Part shown: positions 18,588 through 27,068 of the stretch, piece after piece | Numbering within the stretch: position 1 is the stretch's first letter | How the letters are laid out: every line of letters starts with the position of its first letter | DNA from: Chthonomonadaceae bacterium | GTDB taxonomy: Bacteria; Armatimonadota; Chthonomonadetes; Chthonomonadales; Chthonomonadaceae | Direction: 5' to 3' | DNA: 35,601 bases | Assembly (NCBI GenBank): GCA_035650735.1 | Contig: DASRGZ010000223.1 | Span: 1-35,601, forward strand | Position numbers and translations under genes: made by a program | The notes under the pieces: generated by a model | Seen by the model: the letters and a program-made list of their open reading frames with translations, nothing else | What the model was told of the DNA's origin: nothing | Databases searched by the model: none

Positions 18588-18703
18588 TGAGTTCCCCTTC
18601 AAATGGATGTTACGGGTAGCGATTAGGATAAGGGCTGCCCATGTTTCATTATGACGAACCTATTCTCTTTATGTCAAGGACTTCCGTGGGCTTCGGCTTC
18701 CGT

Positions 18704-19122
18704 GTAGCGGGCGAATCAATTCGCGGCAACAAAGGCACAAAGTCGCCCTACGGCGACTCCATCCTCCCCTCTCCTTGCAAAGGAGAGGGGCGGGGGGTGA
18801 GGTCTCTCCCCTCTCCCTCAGCGTGGATCGCAAGGCGGAGGGGTGTCGCAAGGCAGAGCCGTGTCGCGAGGCGGAGGCAGGGGCCGTAACCCTGCCGACC
18901 CTTGCAGTCCGTTGAGCGGCGTCCCTTGCAGTCCGTTGAGCGCCGACCCTAGCAGTGGGGACAGGGGGTGAGGGCAGAACCCGCGCAGGCGGGTTTTGTG
19001 CCTTGGTTGCTGCGGCTGGTAATCCCTCCCAACGGTGTGGACGTATCTCCTCAGCAGCAGGCTGCGTGAGATTGATCCACACGGCTGGGAGTGTCTACCC
19101 TGCGGCTTGAGCCGCCCGAAAA
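18704..19122 (+). repeat. GTAG-capped fold-back element D carrying two A hairpins, element C (18827-18957) and a MITE
   Basis: Left arm GTAGCGGGCGAATCAATTCGCGGCAACAAAGGCACAAAGTC and right arm GAACCCGCGCAGGCGGGTTTTGTGCCTTGGTTGCTGC...TGAGCCGCCCGAAAA match the reverse complement of 28006-28160. Confidence 0.9.
19018..19099. mobile_element. 82-bp MITE with IS1-like termini and an 8-bp target-site duplication
   Basis: CTGCGGCT flanks it at 19010-19017 and 19100-19107. The 24-bp ends GGTAATCCCTCCCAACGGTGTGGA and GGTAGACACTCCCAGCCGTGTGGA (rc) match at 19/24. The homologous site at 28 kb is empty. Confidence 0.8.
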
Positions 19123-19202
19123 CAAACAGAAGGACACTGACACAACACCTGGCAACAAGGATCTATCATCAGCAGGCGCACAGAGAGAGGGCCTATCGTA
19201 CA

Positions 19203-20012
19203 TTACCGCAGGCCGCGGGCGGAGGCTTCGCGGTAGGCGGCGAGGACGCCCGGCACGTCGCCGTCCATCTGGATGATGCCGTTATTGATCCAGAGGATGC
19301 GGCTTGCCACGCGCTCCACGACCGCCAGATCGTGGGAGACAAACAGGATGGTCTTGCCCTTATCCTGCAACTCGGCGATGAGGCGGTAGCATTTGTTCTG
19401 GAACGCCTCGTCGCCCACGGCCAGCACCTCGTCCACGAGCAATATGTCCGGGTCGGTGTGGACGGCGATGGAGAAGCCCAGGCGCAGCTTGGCGCCCTCG
19501 TTCCAGGTGCGCAGGATCGTGTCTATCTTCTCCCCCAGCTCCGCAAATTCCACGATCTGTTCGAACTTCTCGTTGATCTGGCGCGCGGAAAGCCCCAGCA
19601 CGGCGCCGTAGAACTCGATGTTCTCCTGGCCGGTCAGGTCGGGGTGGAAGCCGGCGCCCAGTTCCAGCAGCGGCGCGATGCGGGCCGGGCCGCCCTGGGG
19701 GTTGGCAAGATGGATGGCGCCGGCGGTCGGGCGATAGACGCGGGCGAGGATGCCTAGCAGCGTGGATTTGCCGGAGCCGTTGCGCCCGATGACGGCCACG
19801 GTTTGGCCGTGGGGCACGCGGAAGGAGATGTCCTTGAGCGCCGTGAACTGCTCCAGCGGCTTGGGGCGCATAGCGCCCAGCAGCGCCCGCTTGACCGAGC
19901 CGCGATGGCGGATGGTGAACTGCTTGGTCAGATGCTCCACCACGATGGCATCGCAGTGCGGCTCGTTGGGGAGGACTTCGAGGCTGGGGGGGGTTGCCAT
20001 AATATCTGTCAT
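19203..20012 (-). CDS. ABC transporter ATP-binding protein, Wzt/TagH polysaccharide-export type
   Basis: Walker A GRNGSGKST, LLELGAGFHPDLTG, ILLVDEVLAVGD and FVSHD. Confidence 0.92.
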   Translation of the reverse strand: MTDIMATPPSLEVLPNEPHCDAIVVEHLTKQFTIRHRGSVKRALLGAMRPKPLEQFTALKDISFRVPHGQTVAVIGRNGSGKSTLLGILARVYRPTAGAIHLANPQGGPARIAPLLELGAGFHPDLTGQENIEFYGAVLGLSARQINEKFEQIVEFAELGEKIDTILRTWNEGAKLRLGFSIAVHTDPDILLVDEVLAVGDEAFQNKCYRLIAELQDKGKTILFVSHDLAVVERVASRILWINNGIIQMDGDVPGVLAAYREASARGLR

Positions 20013-20044
20013 AGAACGGTTAAAACTCGATTGTCATTCTCGTG

Positions 20045-20270
20045 CTCTGGCCTGTGGTACGCCGAGAAACCTTTCCAGGAAGATTCTGCGCTGCGCTAAC
20101 ATTCCAGACGAGCAGGGTGTTTCTCGTTCCGACGGCACCGTGAAACTTTTCCAGGAAGATTCTGTGCTGCATCCAGAGCGCCGACCAGGCCAGAGGTCTC
20201 TTCAAGCAACGAAAAACACCGATGGCACGGACCACGGGCCACTATTCAAGCCATAAAAGACGCCGATGGC
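20045..20270. repeat. Repeat-rich intercistronic region with two direct-repeat pairs and an enclosing inverted repeat
   Basis: A 29-bp pair at 20066-20094/20142-20170 (2 mismatches), a 26-bp pair at 20201-20226/20245-20270 (21/26), and a 10-bp inverted repeat at 20045-20054/20186-20195. Confidence 0.7.
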
Positions 20271-20280
20271 GGAGCGGCGG

Positions 20281-21201
20281 TCAGGGCCGCTCCACAAACT
20301 GCCACTTGCGCTTGTTGAAATACCAGTACCCGCCCCAGGCGATGAGCAGGGAAAGAAGACATGCTCCGGCAAACGTCCCCCAATCCATCGGCAGCGGGTT
20401 GCCCGTCAGGCCCTGCGTGCCGCGAGGCACCGGCTCCAGGATCGTCTTGCGATAGGCGTTGATGATGGCGGTGATAGGGTTGAGCATGTAGAGCTTATAG
20501 AGCCAGGGATGCGCCTGCATCACGTGCGAATAGTAGACACTATCGGCAGGATAGAGCACCGGCAACAGGAAAAACAGCAGATTGAACAGGGTCTGTAAGA
20601 TAAACTTCACATCCTCATAGAAGACGTTGAGCGCCGACACCCACAGCGACATTCCCAGCACAAAGCAGAAGAGAACGAGCGTAATGAAGGGAAACCAGGC
20701 CAGGGTAGCCAGGATGGGAATGTGGATGTCCAGCAGGCGGGCGACCACAAAGAAGGCGGCGAAGTAGACCGCCCACCCCAGCATCATATGGATGAAGTTG
20801 CTGAGGACGTAGGAGAGCGGGATCACCTCGCGCGGCATGTAGACCTTTTTGATGATCGGGTAGTTGACCAGCAGGGACATACTCGAATCGAGCATGGCCG
20901 TGGAGATGAAGGTCCAGGGAATGAGCCCGCACAACAGGTAGGCCGAGTAGTTATCCGCCGGGACTTTGAGCACGCTGCGGAAGACATACGAGTAGACGAG
21001 CACCTGCAACAGGGGAGGCACGATAGACCAGAAGAAGCCGAGCGCGGAGTTTTTGTAGCGCACTTTCAGTTCCCGCGCGACCAATTGGCGCAGCAACTCC
21101 CGATAACGCCACAGTTCCTCTAGTTCGGCGCGCAGGGAGGTCCTCTCAGACGTTGGGCGTGTCCTGATAAAATCGGCTGCCAGACTCATGCGTTTAGGCA
21201 T
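20281..21201 (-). CDS. ABC transporter permease, Wzm/TagG type
   Basis: LWRYRELL...RELKVRYKNSALGFFW, IIKKVYMPRE, PVLYP and LNPIT, with multiple transmembrane helices. Alternative start at 21189. Confidence 0.92.
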   Translation of the reverse strand: MPKRMSLAADFIRTRPTSERTSLRAELEELWRYRELLRQLVARELKVRYKNSALGFFWSIVPPLLQVLVYSYVFRSVLKVPADNYSAYLLCGLIPWTFISTAMLDSSMSLLVNYPIIKKVYMPREVIPLSYVLSNFIHMMLGWAVYFAAFFVVARLLDIHIPILATLAWFPFITLVLFCFVLGMSLWVSALNVFYEDVKFILQTLFNLLFFLLPVLYPADSVYYSHVMQAHPWLYKLYMLNPITAIINAYRKTILEPVPRGTQGLTGNPLPMDWGTFAGACLLSLLIAWGGYWYFNKRKWQFVERP

Positions 21202-21206
21202 TCCCC

Positions 21207-21455
21207 TCAGACGTTGGACGCATCTTCGTCGCCGTGATCGTTATCGTCAAGAGTAAGTTCCTCCACTTCTTCGGGGCGGGCGGGTTCGAGCAGGGCCAGC
21301 AGGGCCGAGCGGGGAATCAGCACTTTGCGCTTTCCGGCAATGCGGAAGGCTTGCAGCCGTCCCTGGCGGATATACGACCGGATGCTCGATTGACTGACCT
21401 GCAAATACTGAGCCGCCTGTTCGACGGTGAGCAGGTCCCTGGCTTCCATCTCCAT
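21207..21455 (-). CDS. Excisionase-family (HTH_17) DNA-binding protein
   Basis: LLTVEQAAQYLQVSQSSIRSYIRQGRLQAFRIAG followed by an acidic tail. AAGAGGGG RBS before ATG 21455. Confidence 0.85.
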   Translation of the reverse strand: MEMEARDLLTVEQAAQYLQVSQSSIRSYIRQGRLQAFRIAGKRKVLIPRSALLALLEPARPEEVEELTLDDNDHGDEDASNV

Positions 21456-21591
21456 GAAGATGCCCCTCTTTATTGGGAAGTGGTCGATCACAGGCTGCGA
21501 CCGCAGCGCCGCAGAGCAGCGTGCTAGGCAGCAGGAAGAGTAGATGTCGCGGAGTCTCTCTCAGGGCCCTTGCGGGTTGCAGGCGAATAAG

Positions 21592-21657
21592 GACCTTTGA
21601 CAATCTAACCGGATAGTGTTGAGTTAGAAAAACTGCCCCCTTAGACAATCAAAGGTC
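21592..21657. promoter_or_regulatory. Paired palindromic sites TTWGA-CAA-TCWAA within a 17-bp imperfect inverted repeat (candidate operators or leader hairpin)
   Basis: GACCTTTGACAATCTAA at 21592-21608 and TTAGACAATCAAAGGTC at 21641-21657. Confidence 0.5.
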
Positions 21658-21741
21658 ATCAGCCGCCCGTAAGGAAATGCAAAGACCCTGGTTTCTGTCT
21701 GAGCCAGAGAGGAATCGCGCGTCCAGTGACGAATACGGTAG

Positions 21742-21771
21742 AGTATACAAAATGCCGACAGGTATTGTCAA
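21742..21771 (-). promoter_or_regulatory. Sigma70-type promoter for the HTH-wzm-wzt unit
   Basis: The minus strand reads TTGACA-18 bp-TATACT in an AT-rich divergent intergenic region. Confidence 0.65.
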
Positions 21772-21792
21772 TAGCTTACAGGAGTCTTAGGT

Positions 21793-23388
21793 ATGTGGCG
21801 GGCAGGAATTGCCCGTTCCTTCTTGGGGCTAGATCGTCTCAAGATCGGCAGGCAAAGGAAGCGGGGAGCTCTAATACTCGCGGCGGCTGTCGCGCTGTTC
21901 TGCGCAGGGCTGGGCAGCTTCGGCAGTGCAGCGCCCGTCATGGCTCAGCCAGCGCGGGCCAGTGTAGGCCGGCAGGCCGCACCGAGCGCGCCGCTGCCGG
22001 CGCTGGCGCTGGCCCGGCGCATCGCCGTACTGGTCTTGCCAGCCTCGGAGGGCGGCGATCCGGGCGTTCAGGCCGTTCTTGAGGCGGCACGCAAGGCGCG
22101 GCGTGCTGGCCGGCGCCGGGCCAAACCAGGCCCTCCTGAGAAAGCGCAAACCGCGCCCCAGGGATCGCAGGCAAGCGGCAGAGCCGACAAAAAAGTCCCC
22201 TCCTGGAAGAAGGAAAGCCGGGAGGCGACAGAGAATGTATCTCCAATTTCATTGCGCGCGGCAGCGGCGCTCTTTTTCGCGGATGCCCTCTCTGATCGCC
22301 TGCGTATCGCTCTGAAACGGACCGTCCTGCCGGAAACGGAGACGCTCTCCGCGCTGACCGCCCTGGGCCTGTCGCCCGCCGAGGCGATGCGGTCGGAGGG
22401 CGCGCGGCGGCTCTGCGCGCGGCTGGATTGCGGCGCGCTCGTCGTAGCGGAGGTGCGCGACTGTTCGGTGCAAGAGGGCCGCACGCGCGACGTGACGCTC
22501 TGGGTTGCCGTCCGCGCTCTGGGCGAGGTCCTGGATCGGACCGACGAGAGCCTGGCCTCGGGCGGAATCGCCCTGCGCCTGATACGGCCGCCGGAGGAGT
22601 TTAGCGTCGGCGCCACAGCGACCGCCGGGCCGCGCCTGTTTCGATCCGGCTACGCCGCTTCTATCCCGATCCTGATTGCCGACGCGGCCCAACTGGCGGC
22701 GGCGCGCGCCGCGCACACGCTGCGCACCGGCGATATCGCGCCCTTCATGCGCGCCGGGACGCGCGCGGCGATCCTGCCCCTGCCGGAACTCCCCTCCCTG
22801 GAGAAGCTGCTCTTTACCCCGCAGGGGCGACAATCTGCGCCCGCCGCACTGCCGCAGGGGCGCTTTGAGTCGGCGCTCGCCTTCGCGCCCAACTTGCGGC
22901 CCCTCGCGCCACAGGACATCGTGGGGCCGCAGGCAGCGCAGCACGCCCTACAGCTTGGCCGGGCAGAGCTCGCCGCCTGCTGGGCCCAGGAAGGGCTGCC
23001 CGATCTGGCCCGCATCCAGGCGCTGGGACGCCGTCTGGGCGTGGACTATGTGCTGATGGCTCGCGTCACTGATATTGAGGTGGACGAGGGCCCGCCGGAC
23101 CCGCCGGCAGCGCCCGCGTACCAAAATGCCTCTGCCCGCCGACAAGCCGCGCCGAGCGGCCTGCTGGAGCGGCAGGCGCGGGCCGAGGCGGTGGGCGCGC
23201 TGGTGCGGGTGCGCGACGGCGCCCTGCTCTGGAACGACCGGGCTACGGCCACCCTGTCGGCCCGCCCATTTCTCAACGATAAGCCGATTCAACTCAAGAC
23301 AGACGCGGAAATTGCCCGCGACGCTGTCCGTTTCGCTCTGATCCAGCTGCAACGCAACTTCGCCCGGTATCGGGCCCGCTTCCAATAG
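21793..23388 (+). CDS. Secreted hypothetical protein with two apparent CsgG/TolB-N-like alpha/beta modules
   Basis: Hydrophobic signal-like stretch. The pattern RIAVLVLP...LCARLDCGALVVAEV recurs as RAAILPLP...LGRRLGVDYVLMARV...LVRVRDGALLW. Confidence 0.55.
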   Translation: MWRAGIARSFLGLDRLKIGRQRKRGALILAAAVALFCAGLGSFGSAAPVMAQPARASVGRQAAPSAPLPALALARRIAVLVLPASEGGDPGVQAVLEAARKARRAGRRRAKPGPPEKAQTAPQGSQASGRADKKVPSWKKESREATENVSPISLRAAAALFFADALSDRLRIALKRTVLPETETLSALTALGLSPAEAMRSEGARRLCARLDCGALVVAEVRDCSVQEGRTRDVTLWVAVRALGEVLDRTDESLASGGIALRLIRPPEEFSVGATATAGPRLFRSGYAASIPILIADAAQLAAARAAHTLRTGDIAPFMRAGTRAAILPLPELPSLEKLLFTPQGRQSAPAALPQGRFESALAFAPNLRPLAPQDIVGPQAAQHALQLGRAELAACWAQEGLPDLARIQALGRRLGVDYVLMARVTDIEVDEGPPDPPAAPAYQNASARRQAAPSGLLERQARAEAVGALVRVRDGALLWNDRATATLSARPFLNDKPIQLKTDAEIARDAVRFALIQLQRNFARYRARFQ

Positions 23389-23577
23389 GAAGCGCGCCAA
23401 CGGCGCTTGCAGCCGGATCGCGCTTCATTCTCCGATGGTGCGGGAGATGCTCCCCGCCATCCTCTCCCATGCCTCTCCTGACTTGTGACCCAACCTGGTA
23501 GGACGACTCGGAAGGATCCTTCAAGTTCACCACGCTGCTGCGTGAGAGTACGTCGCTGTTTGAAAGGAGATGCTCTG

Positions 23578-23823
23578 ATGCATAAATGGCATTATAAGAC
23601 CGTCGTGATCCGAGAACTGGCTCTGAGTGAAGCGAAAATCAATGCCGAGGGCGAACAAGGTTGGGAACTGGTGGCCGTCGTGATGACGGATGAGCATACG
23701 GCGCGCGCTTTCTTTAAGAAGCAGGGCGAGGCCCTGCCGGAGGACCATCCGGTCACGGCAGCGCCGCACGCAGAGCCCCACGCCGCGGCGCACCCGGAAC
23801 ACGCTGCCGTCGTGAGGAGGTAG
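23578..23823 (+). CDS. DUF4177-like small protein
   Basis: KWHYKTV...INAEGEQGWELVAV...FFKK. AAAGGAG RBS before ATG 23578. Confidence 0.75.
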   Translation: MHKWHYKTVVIRELALSEAKINAEGEQGWELVAVVMTDEHTARAFFKKQGEALPEDHPVTAAPHAEPHAAAHPEHAAVVRR

Positions 23824-24001
23824 TAACATATAATAAGACGGGAACAGAGGACCTGAGTCGTCTCGGGTTTGGAGTTCGGTATCTTCAATCTCATCGTTGC
23901 CCATGGCGCAGGGCGAAAGGCTTTAGCCCATTGTGGAACGTTATGGGTAACGATGAGATTTTCCATGCCCGGCTCTCGCTTCTGGTTCCGCGCAAGCTGC
24001 C

Positions 24002-24766
24002 ATGCCCGTTTATACAGCTACCGGCCTCGTCCTCCATCGCATCAATCTGGGCGAGACGGATAAAATCCTGACCCTCTATACCCGCGAGCGCGGCAAGCTC
24101 TCCGCCGTCGCCAAGGGCGCGCGGCGCGTCACCAGCCGATTCAGCGGTGCGACCGAGCTTTTTACCGTCTCCCGCCTCCTGCTCGCCACCGGCAAATCCC
24201 TGGATATTGTGACCCAGTGCGAGATCGCCGAATCGTTTCCGGGCCTGCGCGCCGACCTGCCCCGCCTCGTCCGCGCCACCTATTTCTGTGAGCTGCTCGA
24301 CCGGCTGACGCTGGAACACGACGCCACGGCCAGCGAAGAGCTTTTCGACCTGACGGTCTCCGCGCTCTACCTGCTGGAGCGCGCCGAGGCGTACCCCGAC
24401 AGCATCGTCCACAGCTACGAGATGCGCCTGATGGCCGCGCTCGGCTACGCGCCCGTGCTCGATCACTGTGTGGTCTGCGGCAATCCCCTGGAGCGGCGGC
24501 AGGTGGGCTTCAGCCCCTCGCTGGGCGGCACGCTCTGCAACGCCGACCGCTATCGCACCGAGGACGCGCTGCCGCTCTCCCAGGAGGCCCTCGCCACCCT
24601 GCACACGATGCTCACGGCGGAGCCGGAGGCGCTGCTGGATCTGCACCCGTCCCCCAAAACCGCCGCCGAGATAGACCGGGCGCTGCGCTGGTACGTGCGT
24701 TACCGCGCCGAGCGTGACCTCAAGAGCGCCGAGTTCCTGGATCAACTGCGCGCCAGCAGCCCATGA
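24002..24766 (+). CDS. recO: DNA repair protein RecO
   Basis: GLVLHRINLGETDKILTLYTRERGKLSAVAKGAR OB-fold start, and LGYAPVLDHCVVCG...GGTLC zinc-finger region. Confidence 0.95.
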   Translation: MPVYTATGLVLHRINLGETDKILTLYTRERGKLSAVAKGARRVTSRFSGATELFTVSRLLLATGKSLDIVTQCEIAESFPGLRADLPRLVRATYFCELLDRLTLEHDATASEELFDLTVSALYLLERAEAYPDSIVHSYEMRLMAALGYAPVLDHCVVCGNPLERRQVGFSPSLGGTLCNADRYRTEDALPLSQEALATLHTMLTAEPEALLDLHPSPKTAAEIDRALRWYVRYRAERDLKSAEFLDQLRASSP

Positions 24767-25038
24767 AAGGACCGATGGCCAGGAGCCAGGCAGCCTCCCT
24801 TTGGCGTCTGGCAGAACCTTCAGCTACCGTTACCGTCCCGACCCGCGCCCGACTTCCCGGCCAAAACATTTCTGAAAAGAGAAACTTTTGGTACGATTAT
24901 TGCAATGTTCCAGGAGCGACGATGCCCTTTCCTCGGCATGTTGAGAGTGTATCCGGTACCTACTGGGCAGCCCATCCCTTTAGGGCCGGGCGGAGTTGCA
25001 AGGCATTCGCCAGGAAACGCTATATCAAGGGAAGTTTC

Positions 25039-26022
25039 ATGAAATATGAAGTCGAGCGCGCTCTGGCTATCGAAACGGTCAGCAAAGCCTCCCATCTCTG
25101 CGAGGCGATCCGCAAGGAGCTCGTCTCCGAAGAGACCCTTCTGAAAAAGGACAAATCCCCGGTCACCGTCGCCGATTTCGCGGTTCAGGCCCTGGTCAGC
25201 CTGGACCTCCACCGCGCGTTCCCCGCCGACCCCCTCGTTGCGGAGGAAGACACCCTCGATTTCGATACCGAAGGCGGCGCCAGGCTGCGCGACCGGGTAT
25301 TGCATTTCGTGCGCGCCGCCGATCCCGGCGTCCCGGAGGCGCAGGCGCTCTCGGCCATCGCGCGAGGACGTCACGCGGATCGGACGGCGCGGCGCTACTG
25401 GGTGCTGGACCCCATTGACGGCACGAAGGGATTCCTGCGCGGCGAGCAGTACGCCATCGCGCTCGCGCTCATCGTCGAGGGCGAGGTCGTGCTCGGCGTG
25501 CTCGGCGGTCCTAATTTTCCCCATTCCGACGGCAGCAAAGGATGCCTGTTTGCCGCGGTGGCGGGGCAGGGAGCGGCCATGCGCGCGCTGAACAGCCCGC
25601 GCGAGGAGCGAATCTCCGTTTCCCAGATCGCCGACCCCACCCAGGCCGTCTTCTGCGAATCCGTGGAGTCGGCCCACTCCGCCCACGACGAGGCGGCGCG
25701 CATCGCCGCCGTCCTGGGCGTTGCCGCGCCCCCGCTTCGCATGGATAGCCAGTGTAAGTATGCGGCGGTGGCGCGCGGGGACGCCTCCATCTACCTGCGC
25801 CTGCCCACGCGCGCCGACTACGAGGAAAAGGTCTGGGACCACGCCGCCGGCTGGCGCCTGCTCAAAGAGGCCGGCGGCGAGGTAAGCGACATCTATGGCC
25901 GTCCGCTCGACTTCTCCCTGGGGCCGACGCTATCGGCCAACACGGGCGTCGTCGCCACCAACGGCCATCTCCACGCTCAAGTTCTTGCAGCGATCCGGCA
26001 AGTGCTTAGTCCGCCGCATTAG
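25039..26022 (+). CDS. 3'(2'),5'-bisphosphate nucleotidase, HAL2/SAL1-like inositol-monophosphatase family
   Basis: KDKSPVTVADF, WVLDPIDGTKGFLRGEQYA, ESVESAHS, RMDSQCKY and EKVWDHAAG. Start moved to ATG 25039. Confidence 0.9.
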   Translation: MKYEVERALAIETVSKASHLCEAIRKELVSEETLLKKDKSPVTVADFAVQALVSLDLHRAFPADPLVAEEDTLDFDTEGGARLRDRVLHFVRAADPGVPEAQALSAIARGRHADRTARRYWVLDPIDGTKGFLRGEQYAIALALIVEGEVVLGVLGGPNFPHSDGSKGCLFAAVAGQGAAMRALNSPREERISVSQIADPTQAVFCESVESAHSAHDEAARIAAVLGVAAPPLRMDSQCKYAAVARGDASIYLRLPTRADYEEKVWDHAAGWRLLKEAGGEVSDIYGRPLDFSLGPTLSANTGVVATNGHLHAQVLAAIRQVLSPPH

Positions 26023-26132
26023 CCTGCGCCCTGCTAGAGTGGGAGCCAGGCGCGTTGTGTGCCCGGCTTCGTGGCTGCCTCTCGCACGCTCTTGCGGCAG
26101 CCAAGTTTAGAAAATGTCGCCAGTTAGCGCCC

Positions 26133-27068
26133 ATGAAGGCTTACCTGAAAAAATCCCGCCTGTATCCGCCGCTGCGGTTTCTGTACCATCAGGTCGTTCC
26201 CGAACCGCACTCACGGCCTCCAGTTCTGGAAACCCTGCTGTACAGGCCGTTTAGCGCCCTAGAGAAAGCGCGCTACGTACAGGGGCGCGGCTCGACCGCG
26301 GGGCTGGTCCTGCCGCACTTCCTGGGCATCGGGGGAATGCAATCGGGAACGTCGTGGCTGTGGTTTTACCTGGGGCACCACCCACAGATCTACGTGCCGG
26401 ATGTCAAGGAGCTTCAGTACTTCTCCTGGCGCTATCACCGCAGCCTCCGCTACTACTCCCGACAGTTCGAGGCGCACGCGGATAAGATCCGGGGTGAAAT
26501 CTCCACGGAATATAGCTTCCTGCCGCTGGAGCGGATACGGTTCCTGCGCGCCATCGCGCCGGAAGTCCGCCTGTTCTTTATCCTGCGCGATCCCATTGAC
26601 CGCGCCTGGTCGCACGCCAAGCAGGAGCTCTTGTTTCGCACGCACCGGAAATATGAAGAGGTACGGGAATTCGAATTTATCCGCCGCTTCCGCCACCCTA
26701 ACACCCGCCACTATTCGAACTGCCTGCGTGATATAGATAACTGGCTTTCCGTCTATCCGCGGGAGCAGCTCTACGTCGGCGTGTACGACGATATCGTCCG
26801 GTGTCCGGAGAGGCTGCTGACCGATGTCTTCCGCCATATCGGCGTCTCCACCGATGTGGACTTCTCCACATTCCCGATCCAGGAAGTTTTCCGGGGCGGG
26901 GAGAAAACGCCGCCGATGCCCGCCAAATACCGGGAGGTGCTGGAGGAGATGTATGCCGACATGATCGAGGAGCTTTACCGGCGCTACGGCGAGCCGGTGG
27001 CGCACTGGCGGTGCAAGCCAGCGCTGCCGGAGGCGACGAGCGTGCCTGCCGTGGAAACCCAGCGATGA
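26133..27068 (+). CDS. Sulfotransferase-family protein
   Basis: PHFLGIGGMQSGTSWL...HPQI...KELQYF (5'-PSB region) and ILRDPIDRAWS (3'-PB motif). Start set at ATG 26133. Confidence 0.85.
   Translation: MKAYLKKSRLYPPLRFLYHQVVPEPHSRPPVLETLLYRPFSALEKARYVQGRGSTAGLVLPHFLGIGGMQSGTSWLWFYLGHHPQIYVPDVKELQYFSWRYHRSLRYYSRQFEAHADKIRGEISTEYSFLPLERIRFLRAIAPEVRLFFILRDPIDRAWSHAKQELLFRTHRKYEEVREFEFIRRFRHPNTRHYSNCLRDIDNWLSVYPREQLYVGVYDDIVRCPERLLTDVFRHIGVSTDVDFSTFPIQEVFRGGEKTPPMPAKYREVLEEMYADMIEELYRRYGEPVAHWRCKPALPEATSVPAVETQR

Noticed and set aside
21207..21455. Prophage or ICE inferred from the excisionase-like gene
   Set aside because: No integrase, att-like tRNA or phage genes are nearby, and the gene is coupled to wzm/wzt.
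23905..23936. GCAGGGCGAAAGGCTTTAGCCC hairpin before recO as another REP class or riboswitch
   Set aside because: It is a single short degenerate hairpin with no second copy in the window and no recognisable aptamer.
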